DNA of 64,000 nt from an uncultured Acidobacteriota bacterium (GCA_963695635.1 CAVOHK010000005.1:66821-130820), one strand, 5' to 3'; shown: positions 43,372 through 54,630, counted from the stretch's first letter. Translations and numbers: made by a program. Notes: generated by a model not told the origin, from the letters alone.

Positions 43372-46290
43372 TCAGAACTTCATCTGCAGCCCGAACCGTG
43401 CGAACCGGCCGTCGACGATGCCGGTCGGCGTCAGCCACAGGTTCGTGCCGGTCGCCGCGTACGTCTGGTTCACGCTCGTGACGGTGCCGAGCGTTGAACA
43501 CGTTGAAGACGTCCATGAAACCCTGGATCCTGTACCGGTCGAAGCGGAACGTCTTGCCGAACCGCATGTCGAACCGATGCTGGCGTGTCGAGGAACAGGG
43601 TGTCCCGATTCCACCAGGTTGACGACCGTCGATGTCGTCGCCGGCCGTGGATCCGATGATCGGACGGCCCGCAATCGCCGCCGTCACCGTGTAGTTCGCC
43701 GCGATCGTGTTGGGGGCAGGAATCGGCCGAGAACGTAGCCGCTGACCTGGATGTCCTAGGGGAACGAGTAGGCGCCCGACGCCTTGACCGTGGTCCGGAA
43801 CGGCGGCAGCCGAGTCGCAGAAGCGCAGCGCCGTTCGGATTGTCACGCGTCGTCGCCGGCGTTCGCCGTCGCAGTCGTCGAGACGCGGCGATCGGTCGTC
43901 ACGCCACCGAACAGCAGGTACTTGGCGCCCCGCGCGTTGACCGTGAACTCGACGCCGTCGTAGGTGGTCTTGTTCTGCGTCGAGTACGTCGCGCAGGTTG
44001 TCCGTTGCGACGCCGACTTTGCTGCTGTTCAACGTGTACATCGAGATCGGCTGTCCCGCCAGCGGCAGCCGCGAGTCGGTCGGCGTGTTGATGCGTGTAG
44101 CGCGGTCCAGTCGGACTCGGCCCGACGTTCAGGTTGTCGTTCACCTGGAGGTTGTAGAAGTCGCGGCGGTAGTAGCCCGCCGTCGCCGACAGGCGCGGCC
44201 GCAGTTCGCGCTGCAGCACGACGCTGTATTCCCAGTTGTAGCCGCGCGGCAGGTTCGGATCCGGCCGCGACGTGACCTGGCCGAAGTTCGACGTGCCGCC
44301 GAGCACTTCGTTGGTCTGGATGCGAGCCGTCGGCGTTGAGGATCGTCTTGTCGCCGTTGGCGTCGTTCCAGCGTGCGCGTCTGCGGCACACCGGCAAGGG
44401 TGCCGCTCATGCCGTTGAACGTCTGCGCGAAGCCGGCCGCCTGCGCGGCGACGTACTTGCCGACGTTGCCCTTGAGCGCCGTCTTGCCGTCGCCGGTCAG
44501 GTCGTACGCCGCCGCGAAGCGGACCGCCCAGTCGTTCCAGTTCGGCACGTTCTTGATCTCGGCGAAGTTGCGCGCGCCGATCCAGGTCGACGCCGGCGAC
44601 GATTCCGCCGGAATCGACGCGTTGAAGTGCTCGAACCGGGCGCCGTAGTGCAGCGTCAGGCGCTTCATCGTCCAGGCATCCTGCCCGAAGAGGCCGAGGT
44701 CGCTGTTGACGTTCTGATACGACGGTGGCCGGTGAGTTGTAGACCGAAACCTGCGAACGGGAAGTCGATGAGCGGATCGTCGTGCCCGGCATGACGATGT
44801 TGACGGTGATCAGCGTGTTGATGTTCGCGCGCGGCGCGAACGTCCGCGAGTTCTCGCCCCAGAGGTTCGTGAAGCCGAACTTCATCGCGTGGCGAGCCGG
44901 TGACGTAGCTGGCCGACGCGAGGACGTTGTAGTCGTTGGTCGTCGCTCGTGTACGGCGGAATCAGGTAGCCGCAGCGGCCCGTGAGCAGGCCCGTCGAGA
45001 CATTGAGCTTGGGCAGCGCCATCGGGTTGGTCGCGTTCGCGAGCAGTTCTGCTCGTACGCCTGGTTGTACTGGGCGATGCCCGCCTCGAGGAGCAGCTTG
45101 TTCGAATGCGCGCGCGTCCAGCGCACCTGCGGAATCCAGCCGACGCCGAACGCGTCGGTTGACGCTTCAGGCGTCATGACGGCGTAGGTATTGAAGCCGT
45201 TGTAGAACTCGCCGTTGTATTGCTTCTCGATATATGCGCGGACCTTGTCCTTGCTGCCCAAAGCGACCGTCACGCGTCCGGCCCCGCTGTAGTTGCCCAT
45301 CAGATTGCGATACGCCTGGCTGCCGTCCGGGAACTTCGCGCTCGGGACGTAGATCTTGCATCCTGGTACTTGTAGGTGAAGAAGAACCAGGCCTTGTCCT
45401 TCACGATCGGGCCGCCGAACGCCGGATTGACCTGCCAGTCGTACGCCGTGCCGGCGATGGCGATGAGCGGGAGCCCGTTCGCCTGAATCGCCTTCATCTG
45501 ATCGGTGCGGTTGTCCGACTGCAGGCCGCTGCCCTGGTACGACAGGAAGAAGGATCCCGAGAAACGGTTGCCGCCGTCTTTCGGCACCTGGTTGACGCGG
45601 ATGCCGCTGCTCTGGATTTCGGCGGATTCGGATCCGGTCGCGTAGCTCAACTCCTGGATGGCGCGCGTCGTTCATGTAGAAGCCGCTGTACTGACCGCTG
45701 CCGCACAGGTTGTTGACGCGCAGACCGTCGATCGCCATCGTGAAGTCGGACGTCGAGGACCCGTGACTCGTCAGGTTGTACTGACCCAGCACGAACGGCG
45801 TCACGGTTGTTCCTGGAATCAGCAGCGCCCGCGCCGTGGTGTCGCGCCGGGTCGTCGGAATCGCGTCGAGGACGTCGCGGTTCGCGACGAATTCCTTCTG
45901 CGTGTTGATGACGTCGACGGTCGGCGTTTCCGCCGTGACGGTCAGCGTCTCTTCCATCGCGCCGACCTGGAGCTCGACGTTGATTTGGGCGACGAACGTG
46001 CCCTCAATCACGATGCCGCCGCGCCGGACGGTCTTGAAGCCTGTCAGCGTATAGGCCATCGAGTACGTCCCGGGCGGAAGGTCAACGATCTTGTACTGAC
46101 CTGCGCCGTCGGTTATTGCGGTGCGGCTCTTCTCAATCAGCGAGTCGCTGGATGCTTCAACGGTGACGCCGGGCATGATGGCGCCGCTGGTGTCTCGCAC
46201 CATACCGGCAATGCTGCCCTGCGCGAGCGCAATAGCCGGGACGAACAGAACGAATAGCGCGACCGTGAGTCGCACGCACAGCTTCCGCAT
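43372..46290 (-). pseudogene. Outer-membrane TonB-dependent-receptor-like protein with CarboxypepD_reg N-terminus, at least 8 frameshifts
   Basis: N-terminus MRKLCVRLTVALFVLFVPAIALAQGSIAGMVRDTSGAIMPGVTVEASS.. is in ORF 44962..46365. Other pieces are ORFs 45300, 44141, 43899 and 43334. The C-terminus ..GRFARFGLQMKF is in ORF 43372..43674. Confidence 0.8.
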
Positions 46291-46456
46291 CGGCCCTCCT
46301 CCGAATCGGATTCCACTTTCGACGGGTGTTTCGCGGACGTTAACACCGACCGGACGGTCGGTCAATCAGCTTTTGGCGCTGCGGGGCGCCGTTGCGGAGG
46401 GCGATCCGGAAGTCCGTATCAGCGGCGATTTGTTCGGATTTAGGCAGATTTTTGCC

Positions 46457-46554
46457 GTCACTCGGCACTCGCCGCTCGCCCTCGCCGCTCGGCCTTCGCC
46501 GCTCGGCTGCGCCAGCAACGAGCGACGAGCGACGAGTGACAAGTGGCGAGCGAC
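46457..46554. repeat. Heptamer tandem-repeat hairpin: (GCCGCTC-like)x8, then AGCAAC (GAGCGAC)x2 GAGTGAC AAGTGGC GAGCGAC
   Basis: Read directly. It has the same unit family and orientation as 5476-5538, and it abuts the LytTR gene stop. Confidence 0.8.
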
Positions 46555-47309
46555 TAGATGCCGAGGCGGGTTTTCAGGTCGCGGACGCGATCGCGCGCCA
46601 CGCTGAGCTCGGTCTTGCGGTCGTCTTTCAGTCGCACCAGCACCCCACCGTCGACCGCCGGATACAGTTCCTGCACGAATCCGGTATTCACGATGGTCGC
46701 GCGATGAATCCGGACGAAGCGCCGCGAATCGAGCCGTTCTTCGAGTTGCGACAAGGTGAGATCGACGACGTGGTCGCGCCCGCCGACAACTGCAAACGTG
46801 AGCTTGTCGCGGGCGACGAAGTGCGTCACGCGCGCCACGTCGAGCAGCGTGGTCCGTTCGCCAACCTTTGACGCAATCCGATCCAGCTTGCGGGAGGGCG
46901 AGAGCTGCGCCGCCAGTTCGCGGGCGAGCGCACGGACGTCAGGTTGCGGCGGCTGCTGAGCGTACCGCTCGACCTTGTCGAGGGCGCGCTCCAAACGTTC
47001 GGGTTCGATTGGCTTTAACAGATAGTCGATCGCGCTGGTCTGGAATGCGTTGAGCGCGTAGGCGTCGTATGCCGTTGTGAATACAACGGTTGGCGGGCGC
47101 TCGAGCCGTTCGAGCAGTTCGAACCCGGTCATGCCCGGCATTTGAATGTCCAGGAACAGCACGTCCAGTGCCAGCTGGTTCAGCGTTTCCAAGGCATCCT
47201 GCGAATCGGTGGATGTTCCGACGATTTGCACACGACCGGTGTCGCGCAGCAGCCGTTCCAACCGCTGCACCGCCAACCGTTCGTCGTCAAGGATGAAGGA
47301 ACGGATCAT
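46554..47309 (-). CDS. LytR/AlgR-family response regulator (receiver plus LytTR)
   Basis: 251 aa with ILDDE, DVLFLDIQMPGMTGFELL and the LytTR end FVRIHRATIVN. Confidence 0.92.
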   Translation of the reverse strand: MIRSFILDDERLAVQRLERLLRDTGRVQIVGTSTDSQDALETLNQLALDVLFLDIQMPGMTGFELLERLERPPTVVFTTAYDAYALNAFQTSAIDYLLKPIEPERLERALDKVERYAQQPPQPDVRALARELAAQLSPSRKLDRIASKVGERTTLLDVARVTHFVARDKLTFAVVGGRDHVVDLTLSQLEERLDSRRFVRIHRATIVNTGFVQELYPAVDGGVLVRLKDDRKTELSVARDRVRDLKTRLGI

Positions 47310-48355
47310 GCCGGGCGGTCGTGCGTTTCGGGGACCGTCAGGATGACGACCGTGTGGCCGGGAGAGCTGTTGATTGTGACGCTCGCCGACTGATTGAACA
47401 GCAGGGCGGTGCGATCCTTCAGCAACGCCAGGCCGTGGCCGGCGGTCACGACTGCCGGGTCGAACCCGGGACCGTCGTCTTCCACAGAAATCCTGAACGA
47501 CGTCGGCGCAGGCGGTCTCGACGTCGACGCGGTCGCCGTGATTGTGATCGACGCGCCCTGGCGGCTCGGCGAGACCGCGTATTTCACGCTGTTTTCGACG
47601 AGGGTTTGAATGCTCAGGCGTGGTATGCGTGCGCGACGGGCCGGCTCGTCGACGTCAATGCGATAACGCAGCCGCTCGCCGAACCGCACCTGTTCGATCG
47701 CCAGATAGTCACGGACGGTTTGTAATTCGTCGTCCAGTGCGACGAGCGGCGTTGCCTGTTGATCGAGCGACGATCGCATCAGCGATGCCAGTTGGCCGGT
47801 CATCCGCTCCGCGCCTTTCGGATCCTCGTGAATCAGCGCCGCAATCGAATTGAGTGTGTTGAAGAGGAAATGCGGTTGAACCCGCGATTCGAGCGACGCG
47901 AGCTGCGCTTGTACCGTTGCCTGGGCAACCCGCGCCTTGGTCATCTCGTAGGCCGTAATGAACAGTCCGATGGTCAGGGTAACAACGATCGCGATGCGAA
48001 TGCTCCCGCGAAACCAGTTGGCGAAATCCGTCGCGGGAATCATGCCGATGCCGAGCAGCACCGCGATCGCGGCCAGGCTGCCGACGATCGCCATTGCCGC
48101 CATTGCGATGGCGATGACGATCCAGTTCACCGGAAAGTGCGTCCGCTGCCATACCCACGGCGCGAGCCGCGGCATGACCGCCCCGACGAACGGTGCGATG
48201 CACGTGGAAAATAGCAGTGCGATGGCGTAAGCGCGAACCACCTGCGGTCCGGGCGTCCGCAGGGTGACGCCGCTGAACGCGAACAACACGACCGCCGACG
48301 CGATCAGGTTGCCGACGAAGATGCGGCGCCAGTAGCGGACAGTCTCGGGATTCAC
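47306..48355 (-). CDS. LytS/YehU-type sensor histidine kinase
   Basis: 349 aa with multi-TM N-terminus, QPHFLFNTLNSIAALI (His_kinase domain) and an HATPase_c end (VEDDGPGF). It overlaps the RR gene by 4 nt. Confidence 0.88.
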   Translation of the reverse strand: MNPETVRYWRRIFVGNLIASAVVLFAFSGVTLRTPGPQVVRAYAIALLFSTCIAPFVGAVMPRLAPWVWQRTHFPVNWIVIAIAMAAMAIVGSLAAIAVLLGIGMIPATDFANWFRGSIRIAIVVTLTIGLFITAYEMTKARVAQATVQAQLASLESRVQPHFLFNTLNSIAALIHEDPKGAERMTGQLASLMRSSLDQQATPLVALDDELQTVRDYLAIEQVRFGERLRYRIDVDEPARRARIPRLSIQTLVENSVKYAVSPSRQGASITITATASTSRPPAPTSFRISVEDDGPGFDPAVVTAGHGLALLKDRTALLFNQSASVTINSSPGHTVVILTVPETHDRPA

Positions 48356-49041
48356 TTGTGGCAGCCGACGCAGCCGAGCCCCTGGATCTTTGGCGCTTCA
48401 CCAGTCGCCAGATAGTCCTTCGCTTGCGGTGCGTGACCCGACGCCGGTGCGTGCTCGATCAGCTGATTGAAGTAGGTGCGCGCCTTGTCGGGTTGTCCCA
48501 GGCGCGCGTACCCTTCGGCAAGCCCGAACAACAATTCGCCTTTCGGATGATCGCCGAGCGTGGCGAAGACGCCCGATTTCGACTGGATGGCGAAGGTTTT
48601 TTCATAGTCGCCGAGTGCTTTTTCGATCAGCGGCCTGGCCATCTCGGGCGCCATGAACCGCGTTCCATTGAGCAGCACCGCGCCGCGGGGGATCAGCACA
48701 CCAACATTTTCAGGCGCGAGCGCGACGGCGTCATCCATTTCCTTTATGCCGCGTGTGAACAGCTCGATGCCCGATTTCTGATCGCCCTGCTGAAACGCCA
48801 TTCCAGCCTTGAAGTACAGACCCGACCCGTGCCAGACGAGCGCTTCGGCATGCTTCGGATTTTCTGCGAGTGCGCGCTCACAGGCGTCGAGTCCTTTCTG
48901 CAGCCGCGCCATGTCCCCGGCGAAACCGGCGAAGAAATCGTTGCGTACCTGCATGTCGAACCGTTCAGGCGCCTGCGCCTGGACGGCGATGCCGATCAGC
49001 AGAGACAAGAACCAGGTGACCACCGAAGCGATGAATTTCAT
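48352..49041 (-). CDS. Exported TPR-like protein ending in a CxxCH motif
   Basis: The internal ATG at 49041 follows GGAGGA. The protein starts MKFIASVVTWFLSLLIGIAVQAQA and ends ..KIQGLGCVGCHK. It overlaps the kinase gene by 4 nt. Confidence 0.6.
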   Translation of the reverse strand: MKFIASVVTWFLSLLIGIAVQAQAPERFDMQVRNDFFAGFAGDMARLQKGLDACERALAENPKHAEALVWHGSGLYFKAGMAFQQGDQKSGIELFTRGIKEMDDAVALAPENVGVLIPRGAVLLNGTRFMAPEMARPLIEKALGDYEKTFAIQSKSGVFATLGDHPKGELLFGLAEGYARLGQPDKARTYFNQLIEHAPASGHAPQAKDYLATGEAPKIQGLGCVGCHK

Positions 49042-49134
49042 GTGACGTTCCTCCAATACGAATCTAGCGGTCTCGGAGGAGCACCGGGGAGTCGCGCCGA
49101 CGAACGGCGCCGCTTTTCGGATGAACGGTTCCTT

Positions 49135-49164
49135 TTCTCGGCGGTCCCGGCGGTCTCGGCGTTC
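49135..49164. repeat. Half-copy of the GAACGCCGAG REP family (TTCTCGGCGGTCCCGGCGGTCTCGGCGTTC)
   Basis: Read directly. Confidence 0.55.
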
Positions 49165-49190
49165 TATCGTTTCGTGGGAAGCTCGCCACG

Positions 49191-51356
49191 CTATGGATTG
49201 GTGTAGGCGGCGGTCTTCTTCCCCTGGAGCCATTGATCCATCCAGCCGACGATGTGCTGGAGCCGTTCGATGCGGTGCCACGGTTCGCCCGAACGCGACA
49301 ACTCGTGCGTTTCACGCGGGAAGCGCACCATCACCGTCGGAATCTTTCGATATTTGAGAGCGCGGAACATCTCTTCGCCGCCGTTGGCGGGCGGCGTCCG
49401 GTAATCCTGATCACCGAGCACGAACATCGTCGGCGTCGTGACGTTGGCGACGTGGGTGATTGGCGAGCGCGCGATGAAATCCTGCGGATCCTCCCACGGG
49501 GCTTTCCGGAACCACGTCGGCTGGAACAGCGTGAAGTCCGCGGTGAACCAGAAGCCGTACCAGTCGGCGATGTCGCGTTGCGCCACCGCCGCCTTGAATC
49601 GTTGCGTCTGGGTGATCGTCCAATTGGTCAGCAGTCCACCGCCGCTTCCGCCGGTCACGCCGAGCCGGTTCGAGTCGATGTATCCCTTCTTGAGAATTTC
49701 GTCGACGCCGGCCATCAGGTCTTTGTAATCGTCGCCGGGGTAGTGGTACTGGATGATGTTGCCGAAGTCCTGGCCATACGACGTGCTGCCGCGCGGGTTG
49801 GTAAACAACACCACGTAACCTTTCGCTGCCATCCACTGGAATTCGTGCGTGTAGGTGTTGCCGTAGGCGGCGTGCGGCCCGCCGTGGATCTCGAGAATCA
49901 GCGGATACTTCTTCGCCGGATCGAAGTCCGGCGGTTTCAGAATCCAGCCTTGAATATTGCGGCCGTCGAAACTCTGTACCAGATTTCTTCAGGCTGGCTT
50001 TGGGTGATGCCGCCGAACAGTTCGTCGTTGACGCGGGTGATCTGGCGCGGTTTTTCACCCGGTCGGCGCAGCACCGCGATGTCGTTGATCGCCGTTTGCG
50101 TCGACAACGTCATCGCGATCGTCGATGTATCCGTGGTCGCGCTGTAGGCGATAACGTCCTGCAAGCCATCGGTAATCGGTTCGATCGCCCCGGACGCAAT
50201 CGTGATGCGCTTCAGGTTGGCGCTGCCTTTTTCGGCGGCGACCACCAGCAATGACGACTGATCGGCTGACCACAGAATCGGTTTGCGATTTTGCCCGCGC
50301 GGCGCCGCCTGATCGCCGCCGATGCCGCCGCTGATGTCGTAGTCGTAGGTGGCCGTCAGGTTTTTGGGCGTGCTGCCCGGCGTCGCGTCGGTCACCCACA
50401 GGTCTGACTGGCTGTACGAACGGATCGGTTTGCCGCTCAACGCCGCGACAAACGCAATGCGTTTGCCGTCCGGAGAAACCGAGATGCCGCCGATGCCGCC
50501 GTCGATACTCGCCACCTTGGTCAACTCGCCGCCCGCGGCCGGCACGCTGAAGAGTTCAGCGCCCGCCTCGGTGTAGTACGGCTCCGAGACGCGTGTGGAC
50601 GTGAAATAAATCTTCGATCCGTCCGGTGCCCACGCGATGCCACCTTCGTCGAACTCCCCGTCGGTGAGCTGCATGGGCGCGGGCTTGTCCATCGCGTCCG
50701 CAGGCACGCGGATGGTGAAAATGTGGGTGTGATGCTCGTTGTCCACGTAAGTCGGGTTACCGTTGGCGCGATACACGGCTCGAGTGATTACCTGCACGTC
50801 ACTCTCGTGTGGTTTCTCCGTGTCTTTCCCTGACTGTGCATCCTGCGCTTCCTGCTGCTTTCGCCCGGTGGACGCGCTGAACGCGATGGTTTTGCCGTCT
50901 GGAGACCATGTCGGGTTTCCGGCGCCGCGCTGCACGTCAGTGATCGCGCGCGCTTCGCCGCCGTCCATTGCCAATAAATAGATCTGCGACGGCTGGGGTC
51001 TTGTTGGCATTGTCTCCACCGCTCGATTGACTCGCGGGCGTGCGGACGAAGGCCAGCAGCCTGCCATCGGGCGACCAGCGCGGCGTGGTGTCGCGGATGC
51101 CGGACGTCAATCGCCGCGGTGCCGTCGATCCATCCGTGGGCACCGCGTAGAGAGACGACTCGTAACGGTTTTCCTTTTCATTCACCGTCACGCGAACGAA
51201 CGCCACCGTCGATCCGTCAGGCGAGATGTTCGGATCGGCGATCCAGGTGAATTTGAACAGGTCTTTTTCGGTAATGAAGCGTTTGCTCTGGGCGTGTGGT
51301 GAAACCACGCACAACACCACAACGGCGGAAACGGCGACCGCGACACGGCGCACCAT
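49191..51356 (-). pseudogene. Secreted S9-family serine peptidase (propeller plus hydrolase), at least 2 frameshifts
   Basis: The N-terminal ORF 50937..51356 has a signal peptide and WSPDG. The propeller is in ORF 49937..51067. The catalytic ORF 49191..49832 has [18 protein letters not shown] and ETHELSR. Confidence 0.85.
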
Positions 51357-51396
51357 GAAGTAGCTCCTTGAGAGAACGCGTTATTATCAACCGGAT

Positions 51397-52494
51397 ATGT
51401 CTGTTCGGGATGTCGTCATCATCGGCGCCGGGCCATCGGGACTGGCCGCCGCAATCGCTGCGAAAAAACGCAACCTCGACTATCAGGTGCTCGAACAGGG
51501 CGTTCTAGTCAATTCGATTTATCGCTTTCCGCCCCACATGGTGTTCTTTACGACACCTGAGCTGCTCGAAATCGGCGGCATGCCCTTTGTCTCACCGCAC
51601 GACAAGCCATCGCGCGGCGAAGCGTTGACGTACTACCGCAAGGTGGTCGACCGCTTCGATCTGCCGATCGTATTCGACGAGAAAGTGCTGTCGGTCACGC
51701 ACGACGGCGGAGAGCAGCTGTTCGAGCTCGAAACTCGGTCGTCGAAAGGCGCTCGCCGTGTGCGGCTGGCACGAAACGTGATCTTCGCGATCGGCTATTA
51801 CGATCATCCGGCGATGCTTGGCGTTCCCGGCGAAGACCTGCCTCATGTCAGCCATTACTTCGGCGATCCGCACCTACATTATCGTCAGCGCGTGGTGATT
51901 GTTGGCGGCGGCAACTCCGCCGCAGAGGCTGCGCTGCTGCTGTATCGCGCCGGCGTCCACGTCACGATGGTTCATCGCCATCCGGCGTTGAAGCGGACAA
52001 TCAAGTATTGGGTTCGTCCCGATATCGAGAACCGGATCAAGGAGGGTTCGATCGCGGCCCGGTTCAGCGCGCAGCTGACCGCGATCCGGCCGACGTCCGT
52101 GATCGTGCAGTCGATCGCCAATCCGGCCGCCGACGACGAAACGGCGCGACAGCGGGAATTGCTGGCCGACGCGGACGCTTCACAGGCGCCGGCCTCGACG
52201 ATCGCATCGCCGGCGGTTGCGGATGCGTCCGCGGTCGAGGAAATTCCTGCCGACGCCGTCTATCTGTTGACCGGCTACCGCGCCGACGCGGACCTGCTGT
52301 GTCGTGCGGGCGTGCGACTGAACGACCGCAATGCCCCGATGCACGATAAAGAGACGTTCGAAACGAATGTGCCGGGAATCTTCGTCGCCGGCGGCGCGAT
52401 TGCCGGAGTCGATACCGGAACCGTCTTTATCGAGAATGGCCGGTTTCACGGTGAGAAGATTGTCGAAGTCATAGCCAGTCGCGCGTCCAGCTAG
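51397..52494 (+). CDS. YpdA-family FAD/NAD(P)-binding oxidoreductase (putative bacillithiol-disulfide reductase-like)
   Basis: VVIIGAGPSGLAAAI, NSIYRFPPHMVFFTTPELLEIG and VVIVGGGNSAAEAAL. An Ala/Asp-rich insert of about 40 aa lies at 52114-52240. Confidence 0.7.
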   Translation: MSVRDVVIIGAGPSGLAAAIAAKKRNLDYQVLEQGVLVNSIYRFPPHMVFFTTPELLEIGGMPFVSPHDKPSRGEALTYYRKVVDRFDLPIVFDEKVLSVTHDGGEQLFELETRSSKGARRVRLARNVIFAIGYYDHPAMLGVPGEDLPHVSHYFGDPHLHYRQRVVIVGGGNSAAEAALLLYRAGVHVTMVHRHPALKRTIKYWVRPDIENRIKEGSIAARFSAQLTAIRPTSVIVQSIANPAADDETARQRELLADADASQAPASTIASPAVADASAVEEIPADAVYLLTGYRADADLLCRAGVRLNDRNAPMHDKETFETNVPGIFVAGGAIAGVDTGTVFIENGRFHGEKIVEVIASRASS

Positions 52495-52515
52495 AATCGA
52501 CGCCGGTCTCCGCGT

Positions 52516-54630
52516 ATGCGATCGCGGTTCGAAATCACCCTCAGCAGCCTCGCGTACGGCTACGTCCTGCGCGTCCCCATCCTGGTGTGCCTCTCGCTGC
52601 TGGCCCTGCCGTTCATCGCCATTCCAACCGACGCCATTGCCGGTCCGCTGCTGCGCGGTCTGTTTGACATTACCGATCAGTCCGCCCCGGCTGGCGGCGC
52701 CTCGTTCGCGCAAGTCGTCGTCGCCTTCGCACTGGTCACAGTGCTCGCGCTGATGGCCGCGGCCACGATCTGGGTAACCGCGTCGCTGATCGTCGCCGAC
52801 GGCGAAGAGCGATTCGGGCTGCGGCCAGTGGAGAAGTCGGCAGGACTGCAACTGCTGCTGCGGCTCTTCCCACTCCTCGCCGCCGTCGCTGTTGTCGGCG
52901 GCGCCTTCATTCAGAGCACCGGCACGGTCTTCGGCGGCCTGCTCGGCGCACTGTTCGGCATCGCGGTGTTCGTGTTGCTGATCCGGGTGCGCGAGATTTG
53001 GTGGAAACTGTTTCCGGCGCGCGCGAAGTCGGGATTGGCGCACTTTCTGTTCCGCCCATTCGTGTGGGTCGTGTCGCTGACGCCCGAGGGATTCACCGAT
53101 CCGCAAACGCGAGAGGTTCGGCTCCGCCATCTGTTTGCCCTCGTTCAGCTGTTCATCTCGATGCTGTTGTATGCGGTGCTGTTCGCGTTGAAATACGATG
53201 CCGACCTCCGGCCGATTCTTCGCGCCATTCCGACACTCTGCATCGTGTTGCTGCTGTCGATGATGCTGTGCTGGGGCTTGACGGCCATCACGTTCCTCTT
53301 CGATCGATTCCGCATCCCGGCCTTGCTGGTGCTGGCGACTTACGGGACGCTGGTCTCGGTTTTTCCCCAGGGCGACCACTTCTTCGCGTCGATTCCGACC
53401 GCGCGCACCGAACTACCCGTGCCTGCCGCGACCGTGCTCGCCCGCCGTAACGGAGACGTTGCGGTCGTTGTTGCCGCAACCGGCGGTGGCATTCAAGCGT
53501 CGGCCTGGGCGGCTCGGGTGCTGGCCGGCATTCAACACGACTCCGTGGCCTGCCGCACCGGCTTCGATCGAGCGCTGGTAGCAATCAGCGCCGTCTCGGG
53601 CGGTTCGGCGGGGGCGATGTTTTTTCTGGATGCCTACGACCCGGCGACCGGCGCGTTGCCGCCCATGAGCGACATCGACAGCGAGCCTTCGGTCAAGGCC
53701 GCCGAAGCATCGAGCCTGGATGAAGTGGCGTTCGGTCTGGCATATCCCGATTTAGTCTGGACGGTCGCGCCGTTCTTGAAGGGCCTCGACTTCAACCCGC
53801 CGTCGCTGTGGAACGGTCGCAACCTGACAGCCGATCGGGGGACGGCGCTGGAAGACGCATGGAAACGAACGGCGTCGCTTGGCACGTCCACGCTTCTGTC
53901 ATGGCGCGACGACACCGCCGGCGCGAAGCGGCCGGCGGTGATGTTCAACGCGACGGTGGTGGAAACCGGCCAGCGCATGGTGCTCGGTTCAACCACGGTC
54001 GCAAAGGCCGAGCGGCGCAGTCCGCTGCTCGATTTCCGTGAGGAATATGGCGACGTCGATCTGCTGGTTGCCACCGCGGCGCGGTTGTCGGCGACGTTTC
54101 CATACGTCTCGCCGCCGGCCCGCGTCAAACGTCGTGGAGTGTTCGAGAACGCAGTCCACCTCGTCGACGGCGGCTACTACGACAATTACGGTACCGCCAC
54201 GCTGGTGGAATGGCTGGACGAGGCGCTCAGCGACGGCACCGCCACGCCTCGCCGGATCGTGTTCGTGCAGATTCGCTCTTCTCCCTCGGGCGGTTTCGAT
54301 TCAACCGGCGGCAGCCGCGGCTGGTTGTTCGAGGCATTCCAGCCGCTGACGACGACGCTGGCAGTGCGCGGCACCGGGCAGTTGTCCAACAGCGACCTGC
54401 ACGTGCAACTCCTGCGGAATCAATACGGCGGCCATGTGATCGTCCCGGTGACGTTCGAGTTTCCACGCCGGCTGAATGCCGAAACCGACGATGTGGCACC
54501 GCCGCTGTCGTGGCATCTGACACCCAAGGATCGCGGACGGCTGCACGACGCCTGGAGCCTGATGCGCCGCGAACGACTTGAACTGCAGCATCAACTGAAC
54601 GACGCGAACAATGCGACTTGCGTTCAATAG
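52516..54630 (+). CDS. Patatin-like phospholipase with an N-terminal multi-TM domain of about 320 aa
   Basis: 704 aa with VVAATGGGIQAS (oxyanion Gly-rich), AVSGGSAG (GxSxG) and VDGGYYDNYG (DGG). Confidence 0.85.
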   Translation: MRSRFEITLSSLAYGYVLRVPILVCLSLLALPFIAIPTDAIAGPLLRGLFDITDQSAPAGGASFAQVVVAFALVTVLALMAAATIWVTASLIVADGEERFGLRPVEKSAGLQLLLRLFPLLAAVAVVGGAFIQSTGTVFGGLLGALFGIAVFVLLIRVREIWWKLFPARAKSGLAHFLFRPFVWVVSLTPEGFTDPQTREVRLRHLFALVQLFISMLLYAVLFALKYDADLRPILRAIPTLCIVLLLSMMLCWGLTAITFLFDRFRIPALLVLATYGTLVSVFPQGDHFFASIPTARTELPVPAATVLARRNGDVAVVVAATGGGIQASAWAARVLAGIQHDSVACRTGFDRALVAISAVSGGSAGAMFFLDAYDPATGALPPMSDIDSEPSVKAAEASSLDEVAFGLAYPDLVWTVAPFLKGLDFNPPSLWNGRNLTADRGTALEDAWKRTASLGTSTLLSWRDDTAGAKRPAVMFNATVVETGQRMVLGSTTVAKAERRSPLLDFREEYGDVDLLVATAARLSATFPYVSPPARVKRRGVFENAVHLVDGGYYDNYGTATLVEWLDEALSDGTATPRRIVFVQIRSSPSGGFDSTGGSRGWLFEAFQPLTTTLAVRGTGQLSNSDLHVQLLRNQYGGHVIVPVTFEFPRRLNAETDDVAPPLSWHLTPKDRGRLHDAWSLMRRERLELQHQLNDANNATCVQ

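Noticed and set aside
52180-53379. 399 aa minus-strand ORF, and likewise 54227..55249 (340 aa)
   Set aside because: Both are antisense to the patatin-like lipase and the downstream membrane protein. Their composition is dominated by R, Q, E and D with no domain signature.
52516-54630. The patatin-like lipase as a CBASS CapV-type effector
   Set aside because: No CD-NTase/cyclase, no Cap2/Cap3-like genes and no SAVED or sensor domain lie nearby. The protein carries its own large membrane domain instead.
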